64,000 nucleotides of DNA from Lama glama (lineage: Eukaryota), in contig CM052817.1 in assembly GCA_028534125.1 (NCBI GenBank), positions 72,480,001 through 72,544,000 on the forward strand. The letters run 5' to 3'. This document shows positions 11,620 to 25,237 of this stretch, in pieces; within the stretch, counting starts at the first letter, position 1; each line of letters begins with the position of its first letter. The notes below the pieces were generated by a model. It was not told where the DNA came from. It saw only the letters and a program-made list of their open reading frames with translations, and did no database searches. A program made the translations under genes and the position numbers.

Positions 11620-13680
11620 CTTTTATGTTCAATCACACTTTGATGAGGAGCTATTGGGTGTTTGAAAATTTTATAAAGAATTATTTTCAATTAAGGAATT
11701 TATAATCTAATAAAACAAAGATATACACCTTATTAAAATGCTAAATAGCACAAGTATTAGATACCAATAAAAAACTGGTTTATATTGTACACAATGGGCA
11801 GTCAAACACATGCTAAGGATTTAAAGGGATAGTCCACCATGGAAGACACTGCCATAAAGACTTTATAGATGAAGCTTGGTCTTGGCTTGGAGTGAACAGT
11901 AGGATTTAATGACAGTCAGTGAGAGTTAAAGAGCATGGTAACTAGAAATACAGGGATAATCATTAGTTGTTAATACTAGAATAATTAAACTCAGTTGTTC
12001 ATAATTTGGTTTATTTTATAAACATCCAAGCTCTACCATGCCTCAGGACCTTCAACATTATTCCCTCTGCCAGCAATTCCCTTACTCTAGATTCTCCCAG
12101 AAATGTTCCTTCTCAATCTTCCTGGCTCAGCTTATCATTGTCTTCCCTCCAGAAGTCACTCCCTATCACATTAAAATATTTTTTCATGGTATGTATGGAT
12201 TTTTGTTTCCTTTCTATTTGTCTTTCTCTCCTACTGGGAGCTTTTATTTACCTCAGTATCTCCAGTGACCTGATGAAGTAGTAAATACTCAGTAATTGTG
12301 AGATGAATGAATGAGTCACAAAGACTGTTAAATTATATTCCATTGTTGGAAGGAAGAAATGTCCAAAGGTGAGGGGAGGTAGAGAGCATGTAGCATCTGC
12401 AGACCTACCACAGTATTTGACTCACAGTAGATATTCCTAGACTCTCAATGCAATTGATATTCAGTAAATGTTTGTTGGTCTCAGATGAATTAAAGAAGTC
12501 TCTGATGATCCTGGACAGAATGGAGGGTTCTAATAGAGGAGTAATGCAGAAAAATATAAGTTAGAATCAGATTCAAAGGGACCTTAAATGTTAAGCTAGG
12601 AAGTTTGTGATAACTAGTGATAGTGAAGAATAACGAAAGGGTTTTGATCAGTAGAGTGTTCTGGTAAAAGTAGTTTTGAGAATTAAGAAATTGGGACATT
12701 TGAGTCATGTGGTATGGTTTGTCTTAGAGAAAGAGAAGATCATTTAGGGACCTATTACAATAAACCAATTATATCATGATAGACTCCCGCTCTAGAATGA
12801 TCAAAGGAATACACACAAGACAACTGAAAGGACTTTTTACCTGGTTCACTATGGGAAACAGAAGAGTAAGTCAGAAATGGCATTTGAGCTTGGACGACAA
12901 AGGAACTGAACTAGTAGAAATACAGGAAATAAAATGAATAAGGTTTCAAGAGAAAATAATGATACACAGGTATCATTTGGGTGAAAATTTCCAAAAAGAA
13001 AGATTAAAATCAGAAGAAACTGGGTCCAAAGACTGACATGGAGACAATCCACAGGTAAAATAAAGCAAGAAGAAGAGCCATGGGATGAAGGAAAGAAGAG
13101 ACATCAGAAAGGCAGAACTGCCAGGATATCTGAGCATCAGAGTGATTAAAAGTTTCCTAACTGATGCCAGTGTGTTCAAAAGGTGTAGAGAGCAAAGAGA
13201 ATTCAGAAGAGGTAACTCAACTTGATGATTCAGGAATGTTGATGGCCTTTGGGATACAGACAAAGTAGATATAAGATACTTCACAGAGATTAGAGATTAG
13301 AAAATAACGATGTATTTAATTTCTAGAAACTAAATACCATGTTTGAAAAAACTTGGATTTAAAGGAAAGAAATCCCTTAGGATGGAGTTATCATGTTTAG
13401 AGTGAACTATATGAAATTGTCACTTTGTAGGTTAAAAGATAGTCAACTATCAGCAATTTCATAGAATTCAACCCCCAAAAATCGTCTGTCCTTTTTCAGG
13501 GAAGATCTGGCATAAATGAGACAGGAGTAAGAAATACTGTGAAAGGAGATACTGAAGAAGGAGCAGACAACTGAAAAGTTTCAGAGGAACTGGGAAGATA
13601 CTGTCAAAACAAAAAGTACTGATGAAGAATCTTTTAGAAAGAAAATATTGTTAAGTAGGAGGGATGTCTGAAAAAGGATA
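11620..13680. mobile_element. Cluster of L2 LINE fragments in both orientations
   Basis: L2 3' ends 'aaatactcagtaattgtgagatgaatgaatg' (about 12283-12313) and 'attcagtaaatgtttgttg' (about 12459-12478); purine-rich antisense L2 body at about 12500-13300. Confidence 0.65.
13397..13475. mobile_element. MADE2-like Tc1/mariner MITE
   Basis: About 80 bp with imperfect terminal inverted repeats: 'gtgaactatatgaaattg' ... 'caatttcatagaattcaac'. Confidence 0.8.
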
Positions 13681-15299
13681 ACAGAGACTACATAAGCAGA
13701 TAGGCCCAATTTTTTAACTGCCAACAGAAAATTGAAGATTAAAGTCTATACATTTCATAAGTGCTCGACAATTTTCTCCAAATGTGTCTTTAGTCTGATT
13801 CATTATTATGCTAATATTTTATTATTTGGGAGTTGATATTTAATCTCATGGCATGTTATTTACTAGAATATGACCTATAGTTTAAAGAGATTAAAAGATA
13901 GAAGATTTCAACTCTATCACTTTTTCTTGGATAGACAGTGATGATGTAATATTAGCAATACAGACACTTTAAATGTCGCACATAATGCAGTCTATGCAAT
14001 TAGCCAATTAACTTTTATCTATCTGCTTGCACATCTCAGAAGGATTCTTTAAGTTCATACAGTAATTATGGTTTCAACTAGTATAGAGGAAAAAATCTGA
14101 AAAAATGCTGTTCTGGTTAATGTAATGGGAAGATAAGACAAAGAACTGAGTACTGTCTAAATTCTTTACTATCAGTCACTAAATATGTGTGAGATTCTAC
14201 TGAAACAGCAAATAAATAGTAGCTTCACAAAGCTGGAAGGGAAAAGCCACAGGTTTTACCACATTGGGGAAGGGAGCTGTAATACTTGTAACATCTTTTC
14301 ACAACTGTTTTTTTCCAACCTGGATTAGAAATACAAAGTATGGCCACAGGAATAAAATAAACAAATAAATAAAAAGCCTCTCCTTAAGTATAAAGTTAAC
14401 TGGGAAATTTTGGAGGGAAAATAATATTTTAAGTCAGACAAAAATACATTACATATAAAATATGAAATGTATACAAATTTAATGACCAAAAACTTCAGAA
14501 TATTTTTATGCAGCCAACTGTGCCTGGCTATGCCTGCAGATCCCACCTCTGGAAGGAGGAGGATAGGTTTCCACATATTTGTTTTCCTCTGTCACTGGGC
14601 TTTCTTTCCTGGGATAATTTGAGAACTTGCACGTAATTAAAAAAAAAAAGGAGGGGGGACTTACTGTTTATCAAAACATTCAACTTACTGTCGAGGACTG
14701 ATATTGGCACTAACTGGAGAGTTAGTTATTCATCATATACAAGAAAAGTATGTCATTTAAAAAGGTTGTTCATGTGAACAGATTACTAATTTTGGTTACC
14801 TGACACAAAATCTCTGTAGCTAGACATGGGGGATGGACATGGGTTTTATAAAATGAGCCCCTAGAACAAATTTTATTTAAAATTTCTCCCTCTAATAAAT
14901 ATTTTGTTCTTTTCTATTTACTTGGTGTCTTTCTTCCAAGACACTTAGAGAATACCCTAAATAGAAAATTATTTCAATATTTTTCAAAAAGAGCATTTAA
15001 GTAGAAGAATACCAAGAACCACCTGTATTTAATATATGAAAAAATGATGTTCACGCAACCTGAAGTTAACACTAGACTCCTTTCTCCCAATTGAATTAAA
15101 GAAATATTCCTTAGAGTTTATACCAGGATTTCAACAACATGTTAGTAATTACACATTAGATTTTGACATAGATCCTATATGATAAATTACATGTAGAAAT
15201 TACAGAAATTAAACTATCTTTTCCTATGTATTTGACTGATGAGTACATTTTGGAAAGAATATGTATTCGAGACCTCTGATAAAATGACAGATAGAAAAT

Positions 15300-15695
15300 G
15301 TGCATTCAGCAGAGATAAGCTGGATGCTCAACAAACTTATTTCCTTTTCTTCACAGGGATATGCCCAGACTATATTTCTGGGCCTCCCTTAAATTTAGGC
15401 ATAGTCATGTGAGCAAATGTGATATATAATTCCTCGGTCTGAAGTTACTCCACACCATCCTATATGGGCTCTCTTTCCCTTATATGAAGAAGACTTAGGA
15501 GGCTGCCAAGGCCCTAGGGAGGGGATGGTGATACATCAAATTGAAAGTGGCTAGATTTTCAAGTCACCACATGGTGGGAAGTAAACCCTTGAAAACCCTG
15601 CCCCCATTAGGCTGGGATGTGGGTGGAAATGAACCTTTATTGTGTTAAGCCTAGGAGATTTGGAGTTTGTTTATTATAATACTTAGACTACTCAA
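15300..15695 (+). mobile_element. MaLR solo LTR (MLT1J-like)
   Basis: 'cagactatatttc...gtcatgtga' start motif and 'aacctttattgtgttaagcctaggagatttggagtttgttt' end motif. Confidence 0.7.
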
Positions 15696-15709
15696 AGAGT
15701 AACTTGTGT

Positions 15710-17000
15710 TTATCTTTTACTGCCTCCAAAAATATATACTGAAATAACAGTAAATGAGAAAGATAAGACAACCAAAAGGACAAAGAAAATAAAGAGAGGG
15801 GACTATAGGCAGATAAATACTCAAATTGTTATTCTGAAGCGGAAAAGTGGACGTAGGAGAGGTAACTTACATAAACAGAGCAGACAAAGCTGCAACTTAA
15901 ATAGATGGAAATAATAATAAAAAGTTGAGTCAATCTACCCTGAACTCACAAAAGGCTTAGCTCTTGGAGGAACTAAATAACATAAAAGGCCAGGGTTAGG
16001 TAGGAGTGCAGAAGAGGAGGTTGGTTGAAAGCCTTAATTAGGAGAAGTTAGATCTCTGTCCCCACTGTTATTAATGCTTTCAAATCTTGAAAAATACCAT
16101 GACTTTATTTGCTGGCATAATTGAACTAGAGACACACAAGGGACAGTGGAGGGGAGGAGTCAGGTGCCAGAATAAAAACAATGGGATTAAATAAAATCTG
16201 CATATGAGTGGTGAGGCTTCCCAGATCCCTTACTCCCTGCTGCTCCCAGAACACTGTCTAGGCATAAACTTCTAATACAAGAGAGTGGTGGATTCCTCAG
16301 TAGAGAAGCCAAATGAGAAAAAAAAACCTAAAGATACTAACGTTTGGCTTCTTTCTGTGAAAATTCTAGAATTTTCTTCAGGAATGCCTCTAGCTTAAGT
16401 GCTCAACTGTCACCCTTACCACCAATCATGCACAAATTATTTCCATCATCTTTTAAGTTGCCCTCTCAAAGGTAAAAGATTACCAGGACTTTGAGGAACT
16501 TCTTCAGGGTCAAACACACAAAAACTAAAACAAACGAAAAAGAAAACAATTTACATGAAACAGAGATAATGCGGGTAAGAAACAAAAATTAATCATCATC
16601 ATCATAGTTAATATTGTCCGATAAGTAAAAAAAGATAGTAAATCTCTGATCCAGAAATAGAATGCTAGAAATAAAGTTAATCAGAGAACAAAAGTGAGTG
16701 CCTGCATATTAAAAACTGAATTTTTAAAATTACAAGATAAAGCTGAGAAAATATGGGAAGCTAAATAAAATAAAAAGATGAAGGACTGGAGAGGAAAGAG
16801 ACAAGAACTGATCAAGTCAAAAAGCCATAATACTAAGCAACAGAAATTTCAGAAATTAAGCAAAATAAAAAATCCAAATGCAAAAATTACCATAAAATGC
16901 AAAAAAAAAAAAGATAAAATTGAAGATCATTAGTTTGTAGATTAGATATCCCCAATGAATGGGTTCAAATTCCAAAGAGGGGAAAAACAATTTTTTAACT
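15710..17000 (+). mobile_element. Ancient L1 (L1M-type) 5'/ORF1-region relic
   Basis: A-rich purine-biased sequence with L1 ORF1-like tracts, no ORF left; probably continues at about 17365-17950. Confidence 0.5.
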
Positions 17001-17029
17001 TAAAATTTTATATTGGCTCTAGTGGTTTT

Positions 17030-17365
17030 AAAACCTGAGTCAGCCAGTGCTACGAGAAAGTCAAGCTGCATGAAGAGGTCAGGTCACATGTAGACCCACC
17101 AGTCTGTAATCTCAGCTGAACCCAACCAGTGCCAGCTCTGTGAATGAAGCAGCTCCAGATGACCCCAGCACGGCCATCTGACTGTCCCAGCCATGGAAGT
17201 CTGCCCAGCTCAAGCCCTAGACATTGTGGAGCTGAGATACACCATCTTTTCTGTGCCCTGCCCGAACTCCTGACCCATAAAATTTGTGAACATAATAAAA
17301 TGGTTGTTATGTCATGCCAGTAGATTTCAGGAGGATGTGTTATACAGCAATAAATAACTAGAACG
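17030..17365 (+). mobile_element. MaLR LTR (MLT1E/F-like)
   Basis: 'gtgccctgcccgaactcctgacccataaaatttgtgaacataataaaatggttgt...gttatacagcaataaataactagaac' MLT1 3' end. Confidence 0.8.
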
Positions 17366-18019
17366 CAAGCTGGACTGTCAACTGAATGTTGACGTTTCAG
17401 AGAGACACAGATTCAGAATATGTACCTCCCAAAAATCATTTCTTGGCAAACTACCATAGGGTTAATTTTAGCAACATGATGGGTCAGCCCAGAAAGAGAA
17501 ACATCAGATCCAGAAAGCAAGGAACCCAGCACTAGAAAGAGGGAAGAGAGGCCCTGGGATTATAAACTCTGCACCAGAACTTCAGAGGAAATGATCACGC
17601 TTTCCAAGAGCATGGAGAGCTATGAAAACTTAACAAATTAAACAAAGTGATTATTAACCTCAGAAAAAAAAAGTTAGAAAAAGATGGAAAATACAAAAAA
17701 GGCTAAATCTTCAACTATCAAAATATATGAAGTCAATACAGGTCATGTCCAAAATTGGTTTAATAAGTGGTGGATAATAACATTATATAGACATTTGGAT
17801 ATAAAAGCAAGAAGAAGCAGATTTGAGAATCTGAAATATCTGGCTATGGCAGAAGGAAAGAAAAGTACAAAAGGTATGGGGCAAGGGATTGTTTTGTTTG
17901 TAATAAAGTCTTATAGCACTCTTTATGTTCTGTTTGTGTAGCAAATAATTACATTCCAGAGGTATGCAATATGCATAGAAATCCTCATCAACCAAGATGA
18001 GTAAGTAAATTTGGTGTGG

Positions 18020-18238
18020 TAAACAGAAGGATGGTTTTCCTGCCAAGCAGACAAAATTTGCATTCAGACTCTGCCGCTTACTGCATTAGGTAAATTACTT
18101 ACTTAGCCTTTCTTAGCCTCAGTTTCCATGTGGGAAAAACGAGTAATATGTTTTTCGTAGTGCTGCTGCCAGAAATAAACGAGACAACAATTGTAAAGTA
18201 ACTAGATTAGAGCCAAGTCGTAATGTGTGTGAGCTCAC
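18020..18238 (+). mobile_element. MIR SINE
   Basis: 'ctctgccgcttactgc...ggtaaattacttacttagcctttcttagcctcagtttcc' MIR core. Confidence 0.7.
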
Positions 18239-18499
18239 TCTCTTCCTTCCTTCTGTTTTTTCAGTTAACTGAATAAATACATAAATATCTTGTACTCATT
18301 AAAGAACACTCATCAATACTAATCTGAATATATAACTTCAATATCTGAGATCCACAAGGCCAAAGCTAAAATGTATGCAATTCAACAATCTGGTATTAAA
18401 TTCATCCACTGAAAATGAACGTCTAGTATATTAGAATAGACTTTGACATTCCCCAAATATAGCACACTGAATGGAATAGGGGAAAATAAAGTATTTTTA

Positions 18500-18660
18500 T
18501 TTCTTGCTCTCAAAACTTCCACTAAATGAGTTGCCCAAATCACCTAAGTTTCTCAGGATTCAGATGTTCTATTCACACTGAATGACAGCGGAATGTTGAT
18601 ACAGGTTACCTAGTGGAGCTGTAAAACTGAATTATTATCTGTGTGAAGTGCACTGGCTTC
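18500..18660 (+). mobile_element. MIR SINE fragment
   Basis: 'gagttgcccaaatcacctaagtttctcaggattcagatgttc' MIR core-like. Confidence 0.5.
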
Positions 18661-18961
18661 TTGGAAGAGAGTATTGCAACACAAATAAAAATGTTTTTAA
18701 TTGAATGGAAAGCATTGTGTTGTATGCCCTGTTTACATAGGCTCTTTCTTTCCAGAGGAGACCTTTCACCTCTCCCTCTGTGAGCATTAATGCTGTCCTG
18801 AATTAAAGAAAAGTTGGGAAAAATGACTTTTTCTTCTCAAATACATTACTTTCATTATAGATTGGAGTGCAAATTACTACCATTTGTCTTTCTCTAAGAA
18901 ACTGGACACCCAACGTGAGACAACATAGCAGTTAGGTCCAAGGCATCCCTTGGTTTGAGTA

Positions 18962-19120
18962 CCAGCATTTCTCAAACTTTACAGTGCACGGAGTCACCTG
19001 GGGAGCTCGTCACCATGCAGATGCTGGTTCAGTAGGTCTGCGATGGGGCCTGAGAGTCTATGTAATTTCCAGGGGATGCCAATTCGGTTGGTCTCCAAAC
19101 CACATTCTGAGTAGCGAGGA
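18962..19120. mobile_element. MER5A-type hAT-Charlie DNA transposon
   Basis: 'ttctcaaacttt...gagtcacctggggagctcgt...atgcagatgctggttcagtaggtctg...ggggcctgagagtct...ccacattctgagtagc'. Confidence 0.85.
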
Positions 19121-20379
19121 TTAAAGGGCAATGCCACCATACTAACGCAGTGTGGGGCTAGTAAATAAATACCGATCATTGCATTAAACATTAACTGCTT
19201 TTCAATGTCTATGCTGAGAATCACAACCGTGGTCCCCAATCTGAAGACAGCTAGTGCCTTCTGGACTAAACAGGAGGAGAGTGAACTGAGATTGAAAATG
19301 CCTCTTCTGCTAAAGGTATTCAATCCCAGCTAAATTCAATCAGGCTTTCTTCATCCTCCATTACCCTCATTAGTCCTGTTCGGTTAGTGCTCAGGGTTGA
19401 TCCGTATCTTGGTCAAGACAATTGTTGCTGATTAACTATAATTACTAGTAATGGGGCCAGCTTGCTTTCAGAGACTAATTCCCTCAGCTCATCCATGCAT
19501 TGTTCCGCCACAAAAGGTCCCAAACTGCTGGTCATTTACTTGCCTATTCTTTGAACCTACAACAAGTTGCTACATGTGTGGGCTTTTAAACACTGTCCAA
19601 TGTCTAAATACCCTGAGTCTAACTTTTACCTTGCTTTTTCTTTTTCTCCCTCCCTTTTTTTTTTTTTTAATTTTAGAACAGGTGAAGGATGAGTCATAAA
19701 AAAATGTAGGTAGTGCTTTCATAAAATTCTAGAAGCAATAAAAACAAAAATATAATTAAAGGTACATCAAAACATTATTTAATATTTGGAAATATTACAC
19801 ATTAAAGATAATAAACAAATAAATTAACACAATCTGCTAACACTCTGGACTACCTATTAACAAATTCTTAAATTGAACAGCATTCATTTTACTAACCTGG
19901 TGACCTAGAGATGTGATTTCTTATTTTTTAATTTTTTGAAGTTTGCTTGTGTAGTAAGTGCAATGCATAAAACCCCAGATGTACAATGTAACCCACTGAC
20001 TTTTGTAAACAATTCTAAATAATAGGTAGACAATACTGTATATAAAATTCTCTAGTTTTTATCATTTTATAACTTTTCCTTTTATTGAAACACTGGGCCT
20101 GGATCTTTGTCACTTACAATAGATATCCAGTGAGTATTTAAATATGTTTTTGATAATAATATTATTTCAGAAAATAGCATGGCAATTTTTTTTATGAAAA
20201 TATTCATAGCAATTATAGGGGAATCAAATATGGAACAGGCAAGTCTTGGAAGATATCCAAGAATATCTAGCTATAATATATTAGAAAGTCCTTAACATAA
20301 AGCACTTTCACATATGAGATAATTCTTAAGACAGGTAAAATACTGATATGATTATACATGGTTGAATAAAAGAAGCACC

Positions 20380-20535
20380 AGAGACTGGGATTTGAGATGA
20401 CTCTATCACTCAACAATCTCTGTGTCTCAATATTTTCATCTATAAAATAAATAAATTAATAAAAACCCTACATATCTCAAACAATTATGAGGATTAAATA
20501 AGACTATATGTGATAACACTTGGAAATTTTGGTGC
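20380..20535 (+). mobile_element. MIR SINE
   Basis: 'tctctgtgtctcaatattttcatctataaaat...acaattatgaggattaaataagac'. Confidence 0.65.
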
Positions 20536-20852
20536 TATGTTGTGTGAGTTATGGAATTGAACTTAACTGAAGTTAAATCATCTCCTAAAAAATTCTGATT
20601 TGGTTAAAAATAAGATACTTTGGTTTTTACAGGCCCTGGGAAATCTTCATTTCCTCCAGGTTGGGAATAAGACTTTTAAATTATCATAACATTTAATACC
20701 TGACACTAGCATTAGTCTAATCACATTCTCAATACACATAATCATTTGGTTCATACAAATTCGTTACAAACAAATTGGTTGAAAATAAATTGTCTGACAT
20801 GACAAACTGAGTGAAATTAAACGATCTTCACAGCCAAATATTCTAACATACC

Positions 20853-21230
20853 TGTGGGGCCAACTGGCATACCTCAAAGTCCAATGACCCTCATTCCTGG
20901 GCTCTCAGACATCTGCCTGCATTTGTGGTTTGTTTCAGCCCACCTTATTAGAGTCATAAATCCCATCGCCTTTCACGGACCCTAAACTTCTTACCTCACC
21001 TACAACCAATCAGAGACTTGTGCATGAGCCAATCAGGCACCTTGTGACCTGACCTTATAAAAGACCCAACAACCGGCCCTCAGGGCTCACACAGGCACCT
21101 CTTGTCTATGTGGCCCGCTGCTGTATATGGCAGTACAACCTAATAAACTCCTTTTTCTATTCTCATCCTTTGCTTTTGGTAAATTGTTTTACTTCCTGTG
21201 ACACCAACCACCGTGTTGTATCCCACAACA
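20853..21230 (+). mobile_element. Solo LTR, 378 bp (probably ERVL class, MER74-like end)
   Basis: TG...CA termini; flanks atacc (20848-20852) and ataca (21231-21235) give a 4/5 TSD; CCAAT at 21006 and 21029, TATAAAA at 21056, AATAAA at 21142. Confidence 0.85.
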
Positions 21231-21975
21231 ATACACTTATTTGTTATTTATTTGTAATGTTCTTATACTGTGGAATAGCCTAGCAGTTGTTTTTTTCTGT
21301 GCCTTTCATACTTTTGATCCATGAGTTTTTATATTAGTGATTTAACACATTATTTTTAAAACCTTTTCCTCTACTATTCCAGTCTTTATAAACTAAGAAT
21401 TTTTAGCATTTTTGTTTCATTTTTTTTCTGAGCCTGATTCTAACCTTGCCCCTGCATCTTCTGTGTAATTGTATATACTTTTAATTGTAGCTTCAATTCT
21501 GAATGTCAAAGTTATATGATCTAGTTCTAATATTCTGAAAAGTCCTTAGCATAAGACAGTTTTACATATGAATGAATTCTTAAAACAAAGTACAGACATA
21601 ATTATACATAGTAAGAGAATAATACTAGCAAGAATTTTTAAGTTAAAAAAGATGAGATTTCTAAAAGCAGTTATAAAATTTGCAAACCCTATTCAAGGTA
21701 CACCAAAAAAAAATCTAAAAAAAAAAAACACTTAAAAGCATAGAGAAAGTTTCAAAACTGCTTCCTAGTACACAGAAATGCAAATATTAAAAAAAACACA
21801 TGCAGAATTACTGTACTATTCATTTACTGAAAGAATAAATGAAAGAACCTGGAGAGTTAGTGAAGTATGTCTATTTGCACCAACACTGGGGGAGATGGCA
21901 AGGGTCTGAGTCAATAAAGGAGAAAAAGATGTACACCAATGACAATATAATAGCAAATAATTCAGATAACAAACA

Positions 21976-22008
<33 letters not shown>
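21976..22008. repeat. (TA)n microsatellite
   Basis: Direct reading. Confidence 0.95.
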
Positions 22009-22013
<5 letters not shown>

Positions 22014-22049
22014 TTCATGAAATATGGCTTAGTGGACCTTAAGGGCTGC

Positions 22050-22490
22050 AGATGATACAAGGGGTTAGCCGAAGTGTCTGACCTGAAGGAGGTAGGCTGA
22101 ATTCAGATCTTTAAGGGCCTTGAATAACACACTAAGGTGCTTGGGATTTATCCTGTAGGTTTTGGGGAAGTCAGTAATAGAATTCTGGCAGGAGAACAAC
22201 ATGTACAAATACAAGCTTTAAAGGGATTTCTCCTTTGGGGAAAATATCGGGGAAGACAGAAACTAGAAAAAGGAAGGGAAGAATGAAAATTAAGAGCTTA
22301 CTATATAATATCATTATTTCATTGAATAATTATTAAATCATATTTAATATAATTATGATAAATTACCCAAGGAAAGAATTATCTTCCTTATTTGAAAAGG
22401 TGTCACAGCCACTAAGAGGCAGAACTGAGTATTCAAGCCAGCCAGCCAACTGCAGGGTCAGCATTCTCCCACACAGCTCATTACCTCTCT
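22050..22490 (-). mobile_element. L2 fragment followed by MIR fragment
   Basis: 'aagggccttgaataacacactaaggtgcttgggatttatcctgtagg' (L2 antisense); 'gtgtcacagccactaagaggcagaactgagtattcaagcc' (MIR antisense). Confidence 0.6.
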
Positions 22491-22920
22491 CAAGCCAAGG
22501 TGACCAGCTTAGAGTCATTTACATCAGTCTCTAGATCAAAGAAAAATGAAGTCCTGGAACTGAGGCAATAGCCATAGATATACTCAGGAAAAAGAGATTC
22601 ATGAGCATGTAGGAAGAAAATTTACCAGACTAGTTAGATATGGGGGTTAGAGAAAGGAGGAATTGAGAGTGCTCCTTTCTCAAATTTGGGATTACTTAGA
22701 GATGCCCAAAAAAGGATACAGGATAAATTCTGAAAAATACTATTAACTAGAGAAAAAAATAAGTTTTTTAATACATGTATGTTTAGAACACTATAGTTTT
22801 TTTTCCAAGTTTCCATTAACTCAATAAAGAAATAAGATTGGCACTACCGTAACTGATTTAGGGTGTACATGATAGCAAGTTCAAATATGCACTGTATGTT
22901 TTTAAAGATTAGATCAAGAT

Positions 22921-23293
22921 TATTATAGACTAAATGCTTGTGTTCCCCACAAACTCATATATTGAAGCCCTAATCCCCAAAGTGACTATGTAGAGATGGG
23001 TCCTGTGAGGAAATAAAAAGTTAAATAAGGTCATAAGGGTAGAGTCCTAACCAACAGGGCGGATGCCCTCATAAGAAAAGGAAGAAACATCAGAGTTTCC
23101 TTTCTCTGCCATGTGAGGATACAGGGAACAGACAGCCATCTACAAGCTAGGAAGAGAGTCCTCACCAGAAACCAACCATGCCAGCACCCTGATCTCAGAC
23201 TTCCAGCATCAGAACTGTGAGAAAATAAATTTCTGTTGTTTAAGCCGCCCAGTCTATGGTATTTTGTTATGACAGCCCCAGCCCACTAATACA
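22921..23293 (+). mobile_element. MaLR solo LTR (MLT1A/A0-like), near full length
   Basis: 'ccccacaaactcatatattgaagccctaatcccc...cagcaccctgatctcagacttccagc...aataaatttctgttgtttaagccgcccagtctatggtattttgttat...ctaataca'. Confidence 0.92.
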
Positions 23294-24109
23294 ATAATAT
23301 TTTATTAATTAATTTGACAGATAATTACTGAGTGCCTTCTATGTGGAGAGCATTATGTTAGATGTTATAAATCTGAATAAGGCACTGTCTCTGCCTTCAC
23401 AAAATTTATAAAGGAGTAGAGGAAGTTAAAAAATGGAAAAACTCACAGGTCGCAAATCTATAATATAGAGCATCATAAACAAATGTCAGTGATGTCATTA
23501 ACTGGCAAATTGATCTGAGAGCAATTCTAGACATTGTGGGAATTTTTCATCATCAGGCAATTACTGTACTGCAATCATACATTTCAGCACTTGATCCAAA
23601 CTTTAGGAATTTCCAAAGGCTAGACAAGAAATTCAGCTTTTGCCTTTGAAGATTAAAAAAAAAATAATTATGGCAAATGCATACATAGGTCACAATATAT
23701 CAATATTATATAAATGACATTTACACAGAGCTGAGCTTGTAGAATTAAGAAGGTTCTCTGAATGACAAAGAGGGAGTTCTAAAGGAGTCATCTTTTGAAT
23801 TGGTCCTGAATAAATGATTTAGTAATGATTACACAATGTGGTAACCTTCTGTAGGAGCCCATTTTAAAAATATATACCAAGCCACAAAATATAAAATAAA
23901 AGATGATCCTGAGGCATTTCCACTAGTAGGAGAAATAGATATGATACAGAAAAAAAAAAAGAATCTAAGAGATCACATTTTTTGAGATTATCTAAAGTTA
24001 TCTATCAGTAGAGAACTAAGTTAAAACTTGAAATATTATTCTACTGGAATTTAGCAAACAATTTATTTAATATTGATTTCAGACTACAGAAAGGTATGAA
24101 TAGTAGTCA

Positions 24110-24300
24110 TCATATCATCCTATCAATTATATAGCAGATTTCATTCTTGTTCGCTTATTTGTCCATGAGCCTTCCAGCCCTAGCTTGTAAGCTCTACAAG
24201 CAGAGGGACCCTGTTCTCCTCATTTACCAGTGCCTAGTACAAAGTTGTAGTATATAGTCAGGAATGAATATATATTTGTTGAACAAATAAATGAATGAAT
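24110..24300 (+). mobile_element. L2 3' end
   Basis: 'tagcttgtaagctctacaagcagagggacc...ccagtgcctagtac...atatttgttgaacaaataaatgaatgaat'. Confidence 0.75.
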
Positions 24301-25150
24301 ATAAAATGATTTAACTCTAAAACATAAGGTCAGAATTTAATAATATAATTAATTGACTTTGTCACTTCGTTTAACTAAGAATATAATCATATTTCAACAG
24401 GAATTGAGCATTTCAACATAAATCAGTATAAGAATTATCTAATTTTATCAGCCATTAAAGACTAATTCACAAGTAATTAAAATGATTCAATGTGATGAAA
24501 ACGCACCTTGCAATTACCTAAAGTTCTTTTGTGGAGATGTAAATGATGCAGAGAATGATTAAGAACCAGAAACCACATTTCATGACAGTGGTATGAAGAC
24601 TGTTGGCGAAATGTTGTAATGATGGGAAGGGCATTAGTAAACAGTTCAAAAGTAACTATGGACCACAAAAGTAGATAGGCAGTGAACATGGTCTCACTCA
24701 ATAAAGTCTACAGGGTTGTATGATCCATAGGGATTGCCATAATTATCAGTTGTGCTCTTCTCAAGGAAGTACAAATTATTAAAGTAATATTTAAGTATTA
24801 CTGACATTTTATTAGGGAGGTGAGAGTCAGTCCACCAGATATAAAGCATTTTTATATCGCTTTCCATTCCTTAATGAGCAAGACAACAAAAGATAAATGT
24901 GTCAGTCAGCTTGATTTTGAGATCTGGAAAAGATTGAAACAAACTAACCAAAATAAAAAGTCATGCATAAAAGATGATAAATATGGATGATAGAGTGACA
25001 GTATAAAGAACAAATTTAATTTATATCTATGTAGGACTACTGGGTATAAAAGTATAGAGAAACATTATTTGTAATACCATTCAACTGAGCATTAGAAATA
25101 TTTCTGACTTTATCCCGTCACTTGTGATTTACCTTAAAACCTGTTAATGA

Positions 25151-25237
25151 TAAGAACTGTGCTGTACCCCAGAAATTGACACAACTTTGTAAACGAACTA
25201 TACCTCAATAAAACAAAATGTTAAAAAAACAAACAAA
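25151..25237 (+). mobile_element. Extremely 5'-truncated young L1 tail (about 87 bp)
   Basis: 'tgtgctgtaccccagaaattgacacaac...ctatacctcaataaaa' plus A-rich tail; perfect 15-bp TSD aaaacctgttaatga at 25136-25150 and 25238-25252; target TT/AAAA. Confidence 0.92.

Noticed and set aside
14680..14730. 25-nt minus-strand microexon with an ACTAAC motif
   Set aside because: Almost no polypyrimidine tract, branch motif too close to the AG, and the length breaks frame.
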